A DNA stretch of 64,000 bases from NCBI GenBank assembly GCA_964473825.1, contig CAYYQL010000006.1, positions 47,367 to 111,366 on the forward strand. The letters run 5' to 3'. Source of the stretch: an uncultured archaeon (GTDB lineage Archaea; Asgardarchaeota; Thorarchaeia; Thorarchaeales; Thorarchaeaceae). The translations under genes were made by a program, and so were the position numbers. The notes beneath the pieces are model-generated. The model was not told the DNA's origin, ran no database searches, and was given only the letters and a program-made list of their open reading frames with translations. Positions 1 to 10,775 of the stretch are shown here, piece after piece (position 1 is the stretch's first letter; every line of letters starts with the position of its first letter).

Positions 1-311
1 AAGATTTGAAGCGGGCTGCGGATGCACTCTCAGATATGACTATTCAGCAAAGGACCCCAAGGCGCGTTGCACATAGAAGAAGTGATAGAGTCAGGGAGAA
101 ACAAGTCTACGAAGTCAGACTGCTTCAGGTCGATAAAGAGACTGTGGAAGGGTACTTCCGTGTTCAGGGAGGGACCTACATAAAGGAACTCATATCAGGT
201 GATGAGGGCAGAACGAAGCCTTCAATAGCAGAGGTTCTTGGAGTCAATGCAGTCTGTAAGGAACTCAATGTGACAGCCATCCATTCATTGGATGCACACC
301 ATAATGCTTAA
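1..311 (+). CDS. pus10: tRNA pseudouridine synthase Pus10, C-terminal part (5' end outside window)
   Basis: Motifs QRTPRRVAHRR and GGTYIKELISGDEGRTKPS; conserved position upstream of rpl21e. Confidence 0.92.
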   Translation, partial: DLKRAADALSDMTIQQRTPRRVAHRRSDRVREKQVYEVRLLQVDKETVEGYFRVQGGTYIKELISGDEGRTKPSIAEVLGVNAVCKELNVTAIHSLDAHHNA

Positions 312-402
312 GTGGCGACTCCGGAGGTTTTGCTGGACCTCAGATATGCCACTCTATATTGCATCTTGCAGTACGATGAAGAAAGTTCGAGGTTGATGCC
401 CC

Positions 403-699
403 ATGGTCAAGAAAAGTCACGGATACAGAGCACGAACACGTAGTCTTATGACTAAGAAGGTACGGAAGCGTGGGTTACGTCCACTTAGTCAAGTGCTTGT
501 TGACTATAAAGTGGGAGACAAAGTAGATATCATCATCGACCCCGGTTTCCACAAGGGAATGCCTCACAGACGCTATCATGGAAGAACCGGTACTGTATCC
601 GGTATCCGTGGACGCGCAGTACAAGTCCAAGTGTCTCTTGGCAAAGCTATGAAGAATCTTATAATCCGGCCTGAGCATCTCAGACCAAGCAGAGGTTGA
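403..699 (+). CDS. rpl21e: 50S ribosomal protein eL21
   Basis: SHGYRARTR, HKGMPHRRYHGRTG, RPEHLRP motifs. Confidence 0.97.
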   Translation: MVKKSHGYRARTRSLMTKKVRKRGLRPLSQVLVDYKVGDKVDIIIDPGFHKGMPHRRYHGRTGTVSGIRGRAVQVQVSLGKAMKNLIIRPEHLRPSRG

Positions 700-709
700 G
701 TGGTAGAAT

Positions 710-1045
710 ATGCCGAAGAAGGTCATCAGTGAAGAAGAGGTTTCATTGCCTCAGGTTAAGAAAATCCTGAGTAAACGCTCCAAAGATGGAGAGTTGTCCT
801 TTCAGCAGACAATAACACTGGAACATGCGAATATGTTCTCAAGGATGGCTCCATCTGTATCCATAAAGACCGTGGAGCGTTTGATGAAGAACTATGCTCT
901 CTCCAGAGCACAAGCAGTTCAGCTCGTGAACATCGCTCCCAATACAGAAGAGGAGATGAAGACTGTACTGGATACCCGCAAGACAGACCTCACAGATGAC
1001 CAGATAGCAGAGATTGTTGAGATTATACAGAAGGCACGTTCGTAA
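710..1045 (+). CDS. rpo4: RNA polymerase subunit Rpo4 (RpoF)
   Basis: LPQVKKIL...ELSFQQ..TLEHA..FS and LVNIAP pattern; synteny rpl21e-rpo4-DUF655. Confidence 0.9.
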   Translation: MPKKVISEEEVSLPQVKKILSKRSKDGELSFQQTITLEHANMFSRMAPSVSIKTVERLMKNYALSRAQAVQLVNIAPNTEEEMKTVLDTRKTDLTDDQIAEIVEIIQKARS

Positions 1046-1155
1046 AGGAGGAGAACACAGAAACGTTCTGGGTCTTCTTCTTGCCCGATTCATTTTTATC
1101 ATAAGGCTGTCCATTCAAATCTAATGCGGTTATATAATGCCAGGAGAACAACAGG

Positions 1156-1752
1156 ATGGAAAATCATCAGGGTAGAATGTACGAGAGTCACGCATATATC
1201 CTGGCAGTGATACCACCGAAGATGTACCTCAGAGATTCTCGACCTCACAGCGGAACTGTTGTCCAAGCTATAGGCGAGAGCTATTTTACACTCCTCGAGC
1301 TCGTCCCACAGAAGAACGTGACTCTGAACCCGCAGGAGAGGGTATCAATCGAAAAGGGTGCTCGTGGCAAGATTGATCATGTTCAAAGACGAATCGCCTA
1401 TGAGGATTTAGCTGCAGAGAGTGAGGCTGAACTCCCTCTTATTGTGGAGATTATTGTCACGAAACGTGAACAAAACTTCGTTCGCTTCTTCAACGAGGCC
1501 AAGCCAATTACAACCAGGATGCACTCACTTCAACTTCTTCCCGGAATAGGCCAGACCATCATGTGGGCGATTCTGGAAGAGAGAAAGAAAGAACCTTTCA
1601 AGAGCTTTGACGATATCGCCGAGAGAACAAAGCTGCAGAACCCAAAGAGAGTTGTCACTGGACGAATCATTGAAGAGCTTCAGGGCGATGTAAAGCGTTG
1701 GCTTTTCGTACGCCCTCCACCAGAAGACAGCGACAGAAGCCGTTCTAGGTGA
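1156..1752 (+). CDS. DUF655 putative nucleic-acid-binding protein (HhH)
   Basis: QAIGESYFTLLEL, ITTRMHSLQLLPGIG, PFKSFDDI..R; conserved synteny. Confidence 0.92.
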   Translation: MENHQGRMYESHAYILAVIPPKMYLRDSRPHSGTVVQAIGESYFTLLELVPQKNVTLNPQERVSIEKGARGKIDHVQRRIAYEDLAAESEAELPLIVEIIVTKREQNFVRFFNEAKPITTRMHSLQLLPGIGQTIMWAILEERKKEPFKSFDDIAERTKLQNPKRVVTGRIIEELQGDVKRWLFVRPPPEDSDRSRSR

Positions 1753-2624
1753 GACTTCTGAGTAGGCACAGTATCAGGTCTGAATTGAGCAAGTATGGAG
1801 TAAGGCCTAAGAAGAGCTTAGGGCAGAGTTTCCTTGTTGACAGCCGAATCGCCCAACAGATTGTCGATGCAGCAGAGATAACTGATGATGAATCTGTACT
1901 GGAGATAGGAGGCGGTCTAGGAATTCTCACTGAGTTACTGGTTTCTAGAGCTAAGAAGGTCTACGTGGTTGAGATTGACAGGGATCTAGTACTGGCCCTT
2001 ACAGAGAAACTGGGAGATGCTGACGGGCTCTCTATCATACATGGCGACATTCTGAAGATTGACTTGCCCGATGTATCCAAAGTGGTTTCGAACCTTCCAT
2101 TCAGTGTTTCCTCCCCCATCACTTTCAGACTACTGAGAGAACTGAAGCCCAAAGTCTCTATTCTCACATATCAGAAGGAATTCGCACAGCGACTAATAGC
2201 AGAACCAGGTTCGAGAGAGTATTCGCGTCTCACAGTCACAGTAAACTATCTTGCCGAAGTGGAACCTCTTTTTGAGGTGCCATCAGAGTCTTTCTATCCG
2301 AAACCTGCGGTTGACTCACTTGTCGTCAGGATGACCCCTCGAGAGAGTGGTGCGTGGGCGAAAGACAACAGGGTCTTCTATTGGATGATACGAGGCCTCT
2401 ATTCATACCCAAACAAACAGCTGAGACGAGCATTACGAATCTGGTTGAAGAATATAGATATGAAAAGAGATATGGCCGATGATATTCTTGATTCAGTAGA
2501 ACAGGTTGATAGTAAGGCACGACTAAGAAGTCTCACTATCAATGAACTGGTGTGCTTGTCAGACCGAATCACCTCTCTGATTGAAGAGGGGATAATCCCT
2601 CACCCTGAGGAAGCAAAGACATGA
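1749..2624 (+). CDS. rsmA: 16S rRNA adenine dimethyltransferase RsmA/KsgA
   Basis: KKSLGQSFL, LEIGGGLG, VSNLPF, QKEFA.RL motifs. Confidence 0.95.
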   Translation: MRLLSRHSIRSELSKYGVRPKKSLGQSFLVDSRIAQQIVDAAEITDDESVLEIGGGLGILTELLVSRAKKVYVVEIDRDLVLALTEKLGDADGLSIIHGDILKIDLPDVSKVVSNLPFSVSSPITFRLLRELKPKVSILTYQKEFAQRLIAEPGSREYSRLTVTVNYLAEVEPLFEVPSESFYPKPAVDSLVVRMTPRESGAWAKDNRVFYWMIRGLYSYPNKQLRRALRIWLKNIDMKRDMADDILDSVEQVDSKARLRSLTINELVCLSDRITSLIEEGIIPHPEEAKT

Positions 2625-3229
2625 AAGACAGCAATCACAGGATTGCGGTCCAAGACCACGTGTATCCTCCATCGGAAGACACGTTCCTTCTGCTAGATGC
2701 AATAGAAGTTGCTCCCGACGAGTCATTTCTTGAGGTGGGATGTGGAAGTGGCTACATCCTTGTCAATGCAGCCACAATCTCATATCGGATAATTGGGCTG
2801 GATTGCTCCTTTGAGGCCGTGAAGAACACAAAGCAGAACCTCTTACACAATGACCTATACGAAAAGGCGGAGGTGTTTGTTTCGGATCTCTTGAAGGCCA
2901 TCGCGCCAGATTCTCGTTTCGACGTGATTGCATTCAACCCACCCTATCTCCCTTCGGATGAAGATAGGACAGAACTCGACCATGCATTGGTTGGGGGGAT
3001 TAGGGGGACAGAAGTAACTGAGAGATTCTTACAGCAGGCAATGCAGCATGTTTCGCCAGAGGGAAGAATCTACACCATGGTCTCCTCACTCTCCGACTAC
3101 GGTCGCTTCGAGAGATTAGTGGAGAATGAAGGTTTTGAGATGACAACCGTCCAGACTGGTGTATTCTTCTTTGAAAGACTGTCTGTGATTGGAGTAGCAT
3201 CCTCAAGGAAATCATTTTATAAGACCTAG
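2621..3229 (+). CDS. HemK2/PrmC-family glutamine methyltransferase
   Basis: VYPPSEDTFLL, LEVGCGSG, FNPPYLP. Confidence 0.92.
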   Translation: MKDSNHRIAVQDHVYPPSEDTFLLLDAIEVAPDESFLEVGCGSGYILVNAATISYRIIGLDCSFEAVKNTKQNLLHNDLYEKAEVFVSDLLKAIAPDSRFDVIAFNPPYLPSDEDRTELDHALVGGIRGTEVTERFLQQAMQHVSPEGRIYTMVSSLSDYGRFERLVENEGFEMTTVQTGVFFFERLSVIGVASSRKSFYKT

Positions 3230-3274
3230 AGTGAGGGCCGCTGAGTGTAACAAGGCCGCAGGAGTAGTATCCCT

Positions 3275-4039
3275 TTGTCAGAAAAGAAGCCTAAGAAATC
3301 ATCCAAGAAGAATAAGAAGACCAAGACAGAGAAGACTGTCAAGGACAACAGCCTCATCTATGTGGACTACGTAGCTAGGACTAAGGAAGAAGGGCAGATT
3401 TTCGATCTGACAAATGAGGATGTGGCAAAGAACGAGGGGCTCTACAATGAAGACACTCGGTATGAACCGATGCTTGTAGCGGTCGGACAGAACTGGTTGC
3501 TTGAAACCGTAGAAAAGGAACTTGTAGGCATGAAGGTCGGAGAGAGTAAGACGATCGAAGTTCCGGCTGAGAAAGGAGCAGGAGCAAGAGACCCTAAGAA
3601 AATCAAATCCATACCACTCCTCAAACTCAAGAAACAGGGAGTTGTCAGCCCCATGAAAGGAGATAGGGTCAAGTTCGGCAATGAAGAGGGAATCGTGACC
3701 CTTGTTACGGGAAGAAAGGCGCGCATCGACTTCAACAGCCCACTTGCAGGCAAGACTCTGGTTTTCGAGGTCACCATAAGGGAGATCCTCACCAGAATGA
3801 AGGACAAGATAGCAGCTGTAATCAAGCGTCGAGTCCCAGCTCTCCCAGAGGACAAGTATGATGTTGCCATCAAGGCCGGGACCATAACCATCGAGCTTCC
3901 AAAGGAGAGCCGTTACATCGAGGGTATACAATACGCAGAGATTGGAATAGCCGCAGATGCTCTCAAAGTGAATGAGAAAGCACAAGAAGTGAAGTTTGTC
4001 ATCACTTACGAGCGCCCAGAGAAACCAAAGGAAGAATAG
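3275..4039 (+). CDS. slyD: Long-type FKBP peptidyl-prolyl isomerase (SlyD-like)
   Basis: GMKVGE.K.IEVP, IDFNSPLAGKTL.FEV. Confidence 0.9.
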   Translation: MSEKKPKKSSKKNKKTKTEKTVKDNSLIYVDYVARTKEEGQIFDLTNEDVAKNEGLYNEDTRYEPMLVAVGQNWLLETVEKELVGMKVGESKTIEVPAEKGAGARDPKKIKSIPLLKLKKQGVVSPMKGDRVKFGNEEGIVTLVTGRKARIDFNSPLAGKTLVFEVTIREILTRMKDKIAAVIKRRVPALPEDKYDVAIKAGTITIELPKESRYIEGIQYAEIGIAADALKVNEKAQEVKFVITYERPEKPKEE

Positions 4040-4153
4040 CCATCGGTGAACATAGTAATGTCCGCTGCAAAAACCTTTTAATAGGTTCGAAAATGCCCTT
4101 CTATTGTCACTAGTTCTCCAAGGCACAACTTCGTTGATAGGGAGTTACTTGAT

Positions 4154-4789
4154 ATGGAACAGCAAACGAAGCCACCGGAAGAATTGAAGACCGGAACAAC
4201 AACAGTTGGTCTCATTGCGAAGGACTGCGTGGTTCTTGCCAGCGATCAGAGAGCCACAATGGGCTACCTGGTAGCTAGCAAGACTGCCAAGAAGATCTAC
4301 AAGATCACCGACAGGATCGGTGCAACCATTGCCGGTTCTGTTGCCGACGCACAAACAATCATGGATCTCCTGAAGGCCGAGGCAAAACTCTTCGAGATTC
4401 AGAGAGAACGACCAATGAAAGTCAAAGCATTGACTAGGCTTTTGAGCAATATCATGTTTCAGGCGCGCGGCGCCTACATCCTTCAGTGCCTTGTGGGAGG
4501 CTTTGACGACGAGGGACCACAGGTCTACTTCAATGACTTCATCGGATCCGTCTTGTCAGACAAGTACACATCGACAGGCTCTGGTTCGCCGGTTGCCTTT
4601 GGTGTGCTTGAGGCTGGCTATGAAGATGATCTTCCAAAGGATAAGGCGATTGAGCTGGCCGTCTCCGCTATTGCCTCAGCCATCGAAAGAGATGCTGCAA
4701 CAGGAAATGCAATCCTTGTCAGCGTCATTGACAAAGATGGATACCAAGAGTTGGACAGGGAAACCATAGACAGAATCTGGAAGAAATAG
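4154..4789 (+). CDS. psmB: Proteasome beta subunit
   Basis: Propeptide then KTG/TTTVG, GSVADAQ, TGSGSP. Confidence 0.97.
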   Translation: MEQQTKPPEELKTGTTTVGLIAKDCVVLASDQRATMGYLVASKTAKKIYKITDRIGATIAGSVADAQTIMDLLKAEAKLFEIQRERPMKVKALTRLLSNIMFQARGAYILQCLVGGFDDEGPQVYFNDFIGSVLSDKYTSTGSGSPVAFGVLEAGYEDDLPKDKAIELAVSAIASAIERDAATGNAILVSVIDKDGYQELDRETIDRIWKK

Positions 4790-4914
4790 AGATCCGGACT
4801 TTCTCGTTCCTCGGGACAGATTGATTCATAATCTGTCTGAACTCAGCCCCGTGGTGGGGAGCCTTTAGTGAACCAAGGGGATACTATAAGCCCACAACAA
4901 AGAAGTGACTCTAG

Positions 4915-6825
4915 ATGGGTTCTAACAACAATAACCACGTAGATATAAGAGAGGCAGTGCTGAAAGCACTACCTCGCTCTGCAGCCATAAGCTCAGTTGA
5001 ATACGAGGGGCCAGAGATAGCAATCTACTCCAAAGCACCTAAGATTCTACTTGACGATGGTAATATGATCAAATCACTTGCTCGCAAGATGAGGAAGAGA
5101 TTGGTTGTCCGGTCAGCCCCTGAGGTGAGACTAGGGCATGAAGAAGCCGAAAAGACGGTGCGGGAGCTGGTTCCGGATGATGCAGAAATCACATCAATTG
5201 ACTTTGACGAGTCACGTGGTGAAGTGATTATTGAAGCACAGAAACCGGGTCTTGTCATAGGGAGAGGAGGATCTACTCTACGCGAGATTACTCGGCAGAC
5301 ATTCTGGCGTCCGAATGTTATGAGGACTCCACCCATTGAGAGCAAGCTCATCAAACAGATACGATACATAAACCAATCTGAGGCTGCCACCCGTAACAAG
5401 TCATTCAGAGAGATAGGTAGAAGGATACACCGAGCTCCATTGTTTGACAATAGCTGGATTCGGTTGACAGCCCTAGGTGGCTTTAGGGAGGTTGGGAGGC
5501 AATGTATGTTCTTGCAGACCTCAGAGAGCAATATACTGATTGACTGTGGTGTTAATGTCGGTACACCTAGTAAGGCATTTCCAAGGCTTGACATGCCCGA
5601 GCTAAGCGTTGACAAACTGGATGCCGTAGTCATCAGCCATGCGCACCTAGACCATTGTGGCATGGTGCCCTTCCTATTCAAGTATGGGTATAGAGGCCCG
5701 GTGTACATGACCGCTCCTACACTCAACCTCTCAACGCTCCTACAACTCGACTATCTAGACGTTGCAGAGAGAGAAGGAAAACTTCGCCCCTATCGTGATA
5801 GAGACGTGAAAGAGGCCATTCTGCATACAATACCCCTCAGCTATGGAGAGGTCACAGACATCGCGCCAGACGTGAGACTCACTCTGCATAATGCGGGCCA
5901 TATTCTCGGCTCGTCAATCATCCATCTCCACATAGGCGACGGGCAGTATAACCTGGCCTACACGGGTGACTTCAAGTTTGGAAGGTCGCGGCTTCTTGAG
6001 CCAGCAACATTCACATTTCCAAGACTCGAAACACTGATTGTGGAGAGCACATACGGCCATCCAACCGACAAGATGCCACCGAGACAGGAGGTAGAACGAA
6101 GGTTTGCATCTCTGATCAAGAAGACCATCGGCCGTGGCGGAAAGGTCCTCATTCCTGTACTTGCAGTAGGAAGAGCCCAAGAGATTATGCTGGTACTAGA
6201 GGACCTAGCATCAAAGAATAGGATTCCTCGTGTGCCCGTATATATAGAAGGGATGATTGCACAAGCAACAGCAATTCATACCACTCATCCTGAGGCTTTG
6301 AGCAAGAAGATACGTGAGATGATTTTCCATCAGGGCGTGAACCCGTTCCTTAATGATATATTTGTGCAAGTAGACAATCCGGATCAGAGAGAAGAGATAG
6401 TTGAGGGTGAGCCCTGTGTGATTATGGCTACTTCAGGCATGCTTGCCGGAGGACCCAGTGTTGACTATTTCAGGCTCCTAGCCCCAGAGGAGAAGAATAT
6501 GATGATGTTTGTGAGCTATCAGGGTGAAGGCACTCTTGGTCGTCGAATTCAGAAGGGGTGGAAAGAGATACAGATGAGGAATCGAGAGGGAAATACCACC
6601 ATGGTTCCGGTCAACCTTCAAGTTGAAACTGTTGAGGGTTTCTCAGGTCACTCGGATAGGAAACAGATTCTCAACTTCGTGAAGCGCGTTCAACCCCACC
6701 CAGAGAGGGTTCTGACATGTCATGGTGAAGCGTCGAAGTGTCTGAACCTGGCGTCTACAATACACAAGGCTCTCAAAGTAGACACAAAGGCCTTGATGGT
6801 CACAGAAAGCGTGAAACTGCGATAG
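4915..6825 (+). CDS. fttA: beta-CASP ribonuclease aCPSF1/FttA (KH + MBL + beta-CASP)
   Basis: KH KPGLVIGRGG, SHAHLDH, AGHILGS, FSGHSD, CHGE; follows psmB. Confidence 0.97.
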   Translation: MGSNNNNHVDIREAVLKALPRSAAISSVEYEGPEIAIYSKAPKILLDDGNMIKSLARKMRKRLVVRSAPEVRLGHEEAEKTVRELVPDDAEITSIDFDESRGEVIIEAQKPGLVIGRGGSTLREITRQTFWRPNVMRTPPIESKLIKQIRYINQSEAATRNKSFREIGRRIHRAPLFDNSWIRLTALGGFREVGRQCMFLQTSESNILIDCGVNVGTPSKAFPRLDMPELSVDKLDAVVISHAHLDHCGMVPFLFKYGYRGPVYMTAPTLNLSTLLQLDYLDVAEREGKLRPYRDRDVKEAILHTIPLSYGEVTDIAPDVRLTLHNAGHILGSSIIHLHIGDGQYNLAYTGDFKFGRSRLLEPATFTFPRLETLIVESTYGHPTDKMPPRQEVERRFASLIKKTIGRGGKVLIPVLAVGRAQEIMLVLEDLASKNRIPRVPVYIEGMIAQATAIHTTHPEALSKKIREMIFHQGVNPFLNDIFVQVDNPDQREEIVEGEPCVIMATSGMLAGGPSVDYFRLLAPEEKNMMMFVSYQGEGTLGRRIQKGWKEIQMRNREGNTTMVPVNLQVETVEGFSGHSDRKQILNFVKRVQPHPERVLTCHGEASKCLNLASTIHKALKVDTKALMVTESVKLR

Positions 6826-6876
6826 TGGGGTTGAGATTGTAGCAGACGGTTGGGCACAGACGAACACATCTGAAGA

Positions 6877-7269
6877 TCAGATCTCGACAAATGAGGGAGC
6901 AACAATTACACAGTCATCGTTTACGAGGGCAAGATCTGCCTGAATGCCTCTCGTTTCCCCCCGTATGCGTTCGATTATACGTTTCAATTCAAGGTGGCTC
7001 TGTTCGCCACCATTGTTCAAACGCGAGATGTCCAACAACATTATGCGTCCTTCTTTAACCTCATTAACAACGCAAGGAACATCTTCAAGCGATTTGATTC
7101 TCTTTGATCGGATGTATATCCTATCAAGCTCAGCCAATCGCTTGCACTCCTGTAGAGGGTCATCTTGAGAGATTCTGTGGGCTGGAGAGAAGATACCTAA
7201 GCCGCCCGTCTTCTTCTCTTCTTCATCTGACTCATCATTCTTATCCTTTCGCCCGAACGGGAAACGCAA
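6877..7269 (-). CDS. sepF: Cell division protein SepF
   Basis: IKSLEDV..VVNEVKEGRIMLLDIS...ADLALV...VIVAPSFVEI core; N-terminal FPFGRK amphipathic stretch. Confidence 0.8.
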   Translation of the reverse strand: MRFPFGRKDKNDESDEEEKKTGGLGIFSPAHRISQDDPLQECKRLAELDRIYIRSKRIKSLEDVPCVVNEVKEGRIMLLDISRLNNGGEQSHLELKRIIERIRGETRGIQADLALVNDDCVIVAPSFVEI

Positions 7270-7413
7270 ATCGTGCCACCTCTTGCTACACTCAGAGAGT
7301 GCTTTGAGGTCTGAAAAGACCGTGTATTACTAAGTTGATGAAAACTCTTTCCAGAAGACTGTATCCAGTGATGAGTGAAATGACCTATATAGATGCCACA
7401 ATCATAGAAGTGA

Positions 7414-10104
7414 GTGGTTCTGATGCCGAGTGATGAATTATCGGACTCGGAGATGTCTGATCTCAAGTCGCGCTTGAAGGCCCTTGGCAACCGTTATGCC
7501 CTACAGAGCCTTGAGGTCCTCAGTCCAAAAACGGGCGAGATCATCCCAGAACTTGGTTGGGATGAGATTGTGGAAGGGATTCTGGCTCTTGAAGGATATG
7601 ACAAACCAGAGAGGCAAGAGAGGAGAGAACGGACGCACGAGCAGGTCATCTATGAAGAAGAGAAGGGGAGGTTGGCATCAGGAGGTACCCTCTATGAGAG
7701 CATGAATAAGCTGGTCAAGATAGGATTTGTCCAGGCCAGGGGAGAGAGGGGCAGAAAGAATAGACGTTTCAGGATAACTCATGATGGGCGACTCGCACTC
7801 TCAGCCATAAAGACGATGCAGGGCCTAATCGGAGGAGATACCGAAGTCAGTAAGACCGCAAGAGTTCTCCTTCGACACAAGAACTTTGTGAGCCTGCTTC
7901 CAGGACAGGAGAAGTTCCTCCGAGAGATTGACAAAGTTGAGAAGAATTTAGTAATCCAGATGCCACCTGGTTCGGGCAAGACCTTCCTGGCGATGATTAT
8001 GATCGTCATCCATCTCCAAGCGGGAGAGAAGTGCATCTATCTCACACCCTATACATCATTGAACAGACAGATTATTGACGAGTACGGTGAGCTGTTTGAG
8101 CAACTGGACTATTCTGTGGTGAAGTATGATGCGCAGTCCCGAGTCACGGAACGTGACCTAGAAGAGGCAGACCTCGTGGTGGGCATCTACGAGTCAGTCC
8201 TCTTTTCTCTGATGCATCAGAGGGATTGGACGCGAAGGATTGGGCTGGCAGTCATTGATGAATTGACTGAACTCGATTCTCTCACAAAACGTGTGCAGCC
8301 ACAGAATCTTGGGACTGATAGGAGTTCTCGGCTGGATTTCCTGATTACTCTGTTGAAAGAGAAGGCACAAATCATCACGCTCTCGTCACGATTCGGGGAA
8401 ACGGAGGAGGTCCTTGCATGGCTGAATGCAGATATCTTCCGCCCGACCTTTAGACTGCAGCCAGATGAGTTCCTTGTGACACAGGGACAAGATGGTGCAA
8501 TCATTGTAAGCAGTGACGGAGTACAGAGATGCAGATGTAACGAGAAGAATCTGATAGATGCAGTGCATGAACATATAGACGATTACAAGACGAAGTCCAT
8601 GCTATTCGTGGTTGGAACCCGACTGGGAGCGGAAGAACTCGCCAAGTGGTTGGCGAAGTCCCATCCCAGAGAAACATACAAGGGGGTCATCGAGAGGGTA
8701 GTAGGTCCCGCAGAGCGGACTTCACTAACTTCTTCTCTGTCTGAAACCTTAGAAAAGGGGATTGCATTCCACCATGCCGGGCTGCAGATCTCTCTCCGAG
8801 GGCGACTAGAGCAAGAAATCAAGAATGGCAGAATCAAGTGTGTAGTTTCGACCACGGGAATAACTGCGGGAACCAGTTTTCCTTTCGACTCTGTAGTACT
8901 GGTCTTTGATGGTTCGCTTGAATTCCTCAGAACGCGCTCAAGATACCTACAAGTTTCCGGGCGAATAGGAGAATACCATCTTCATCGTCATGGAGGCAGT
9001 GTTTACTTGGTCTTTCTCCAACCCTCTCGGAGGTTCAGAACGGTTGATGACTTGCGTGACAGGCTTCTTCACTCACAGCTTGGACCTCTTACTCCAAATG
9101 CAGTAGATCCAATCTCCTTTACAGACCTCGTATCAAGAGAGATGTCGGAAAGCACCAGATTCAAACCTGACAGCCTGAAAGAGAGGGTGCTGAGACTCCT
9201 CAGAGGAAGTTTCAACGCCTTCATAGATGACGACTATATCAACAAGTCTGAAAGAGATGTGGAAGCTCTGATCAAGTGGATGAAAGGCAGACGGTTGGTT
9301 GAGTCAACTGGTCAGTTCCTGAAACCAGCCACAGAAACAAGAGCCGCAATTCAGGCAGGACTCAGCATAATCGATTATGAACGAGTCCGAAGCACCCTTG
9401 CTTCACTCGATGAAACGGCTGAGCAGGAAGCCCTCATAGACATACTTCTGGAATTCAGACTTGTACAGTCAGCAAGACCTCGAACTGTAATGCCATCAGA
9501 GATCGAACTCTACTTGGCAGAACTAGCGAAGCCAGAGGGGTGGCTCCTAGAATTGACCGATGGTCGAAGGACTGTGAAGAGGCAGGCTCTCTTAGATTGG
9601 ATATCGGAGATGACCATGGCAGAAGTGATAGGCCATGCAGAACAAACAGCAGAGAACCTTAAGGTGGGCGACAGACCAGTTTGGGGATCCAGCTTGGACG
9701 ATGGGGACTTGGTCAGCCTTGTGAACTGGTCCAGTGCCATTGCATTTACGATATCAGACTATCTTGGTAGAACTGGTGCAGACACGCTGTCCCAACGTTT
9801 CGAAACTCTAGGAAACCAGCTGAAGTACGGAGTGAAGCAGGACTTGGCCGAATCGGACTTGTTGAGGCTGGGGTTAAGAGATGATACAGGAGCATTATCG
9901 AGATCGGTTTCCCGTGCCGAGGCACGGACACTCTATGAACATGGATACCATTCGATTGAGCAAGTGGTGAAGAAAGATGTGGATGCCTCAAAAGAGGGCT
10001 TGGCTAGAGAGCGCTTTGCGGCAAAATCTGGGCTGGACAAAGGTCTAGCATTGCGCATCTACAAATCCGCTCTAAGAGTAGTCCGACAAAGGCTTTCGGA
10101 GTAG
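7414..10104 (+). CDS. Ski2/Hel308-like SF2 helicase with N-terminal winged-helix region and divergent motifs
   Basis: PPGSGKT, VIDEL, GIAFHHAGL, STTGITAG, QVSGRIG. Confidence 0.8.
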   Translation: MVLMPSDELSDSEMSDLKSRLKALGNRYALQSLEVLSPKTGEIIPELGWDEIVEGILALEGYDKPERQERRERTHEQVIYEEEKGRLASGGTLYESMNKLVKIGFVQARGERGRKNRRFRITHDGRLALSAIKTMQGLIGGDTEVSKTARVLLRHKNFVSLLPGQEKFLREIDKVEKNLVIQMPPGSGKTFLAMIMIVIHLQAGEKCIYLTPYTSLNRQIIDEYGELFEQLDYSVVKYDAQSRVTERDLEEADLVVGIYESVLFSLMHQRDWTRRIGLAVIDELTELDSLTKRVQPQNLGTDRSSRLDFLITLLKEKAQIITLSSRFGETEEVLAWLNADIFRPTFRLQPDEFLVTQGQDGAIIVSSDGVQRCRCNEKNLIDAVHEHIDDYKTKSMLFVVGTRLGAEELAKWLAKSHPRETYKGVIERVVGPAERTSLTSSLSETLEKGIAFHHAGLQISLRGRLEQEIKNGRIKCVVSTTGITAGTSFPFDSVVLVFDGSLEFLRTRSRYLQVSGRIGEYHLHRHGGSVYLVFLQPSRRFRTVDDLRDRLLHSQLGPLTPNAVDPISFTDLVSREMSESTRFKPDSLKERVLRLLRGSFNAFIDDDYINKSERDVEALIKWMKGRRLVESTGQFLKPATETRAAIQAGLSIIDYERVRSTLASLDETAEQEALIDILLEFRLVQSARPRTVMPSEIELYLAELAKPEGWLLELTDGRRTVKRQALLDWISEMTMAEVIGHAEQTAENLKVGDRPVWGSSLDDGDLVSLVNWSSAIAFTISDYLGRTGADTLSQRFETLGNQLKYGVKQDLAESDLLRLGLRDDTGALSRSVSRAEARTLYEHGYHSIEQVVKKDVDASKEGLARERFAAKSGLDKGLALRIYKSALRVVRQRLSE

Positions 10105-10108
10105 GCAT

Positions 10109-10615
10109 TCATTCTTTACCGAATTCCCAGAGCTCGTCACCCACATGGTGCTTCGAAAGGATGGCTTTTCCTTTCTTTGAGGAACGGATTTCGTCGGCAT
10201 CCATCGTGGCAATACCTACGGCAAGAGGTTTGCTATGGCGTTCATCAACAATGGACACCAATGCCCCCTTCTGCACCTCGTCGTCAACCGCGGTGATGCC
10301 TGGTCGCATGATGTCCGCACCGTTTGCGACGAATCGTATAGCACCCATATCCACAGTGACTTCAGGTAACGAAACAAAATCATCCAGAAGCGCCCGAAGA
10401 GACGGAATCATCTTGCCCTCGGATTCGAAGAAGAGGATCTCTCCCTCATATAGAATGACGCGGCTCCCATCATCCGTGATCGCCTCCTCAAGCCTGCTGC
10501 CTTCTGGGAGGGTAATCTCTGTGCCCAGCTCGCTCTCGAAGGATGCAACCATCTGACCTTGGTCGCGCTCTTTCATGAGGTGTCGTTTCTTTATGCGTTC
10601 AATACGTGGCATCAT
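10109..10615 (-). CDS. PUA-domain RNA-binding protein (DUF1947, MCT-1/Tma20-like)
   Basis: VDMGAIRFVANGADIMRPGI, HHVGDELW. Confidence 0.92.
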   Translation of the reverse strand: MMPRIERIKKRHLMKERDQGQMVASFESELGTEITLPEGSRLEEAITDDGSRVILYEGEILFFESEGKMIPSLRALLDDFVSLPEVTVDMGAIRFVANGADIMRPGITAVDDEVQKGALVSIVDERHSKPLAVGIATMDADEIRSSKKGKAILSKHHVGDELWEFGKE

Positions 10616-10775
10616 GAAATCGACCCCCGTCCACCTTTTGAAAGCTCCGCAAGAGGATCAGTAAATGAGAAATCTCCACTTACTCATCGTCATCTTTAAA
10701 AGCCGAGTCCAGAGCTTTGCGCCAGCGTCGGGAGCTCAAAGGCTATACGACGAGGGTTCTGTACTGGTGATATCA

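Noticed and set aside
3299-4126. Long antisense ORFs (e.g. 3299-4126, 5025-5726, 26012-26614, 36119-36886)
   Set aside because: Shadows of well-supported genes on the opposite strand, with no recognisable motifs.
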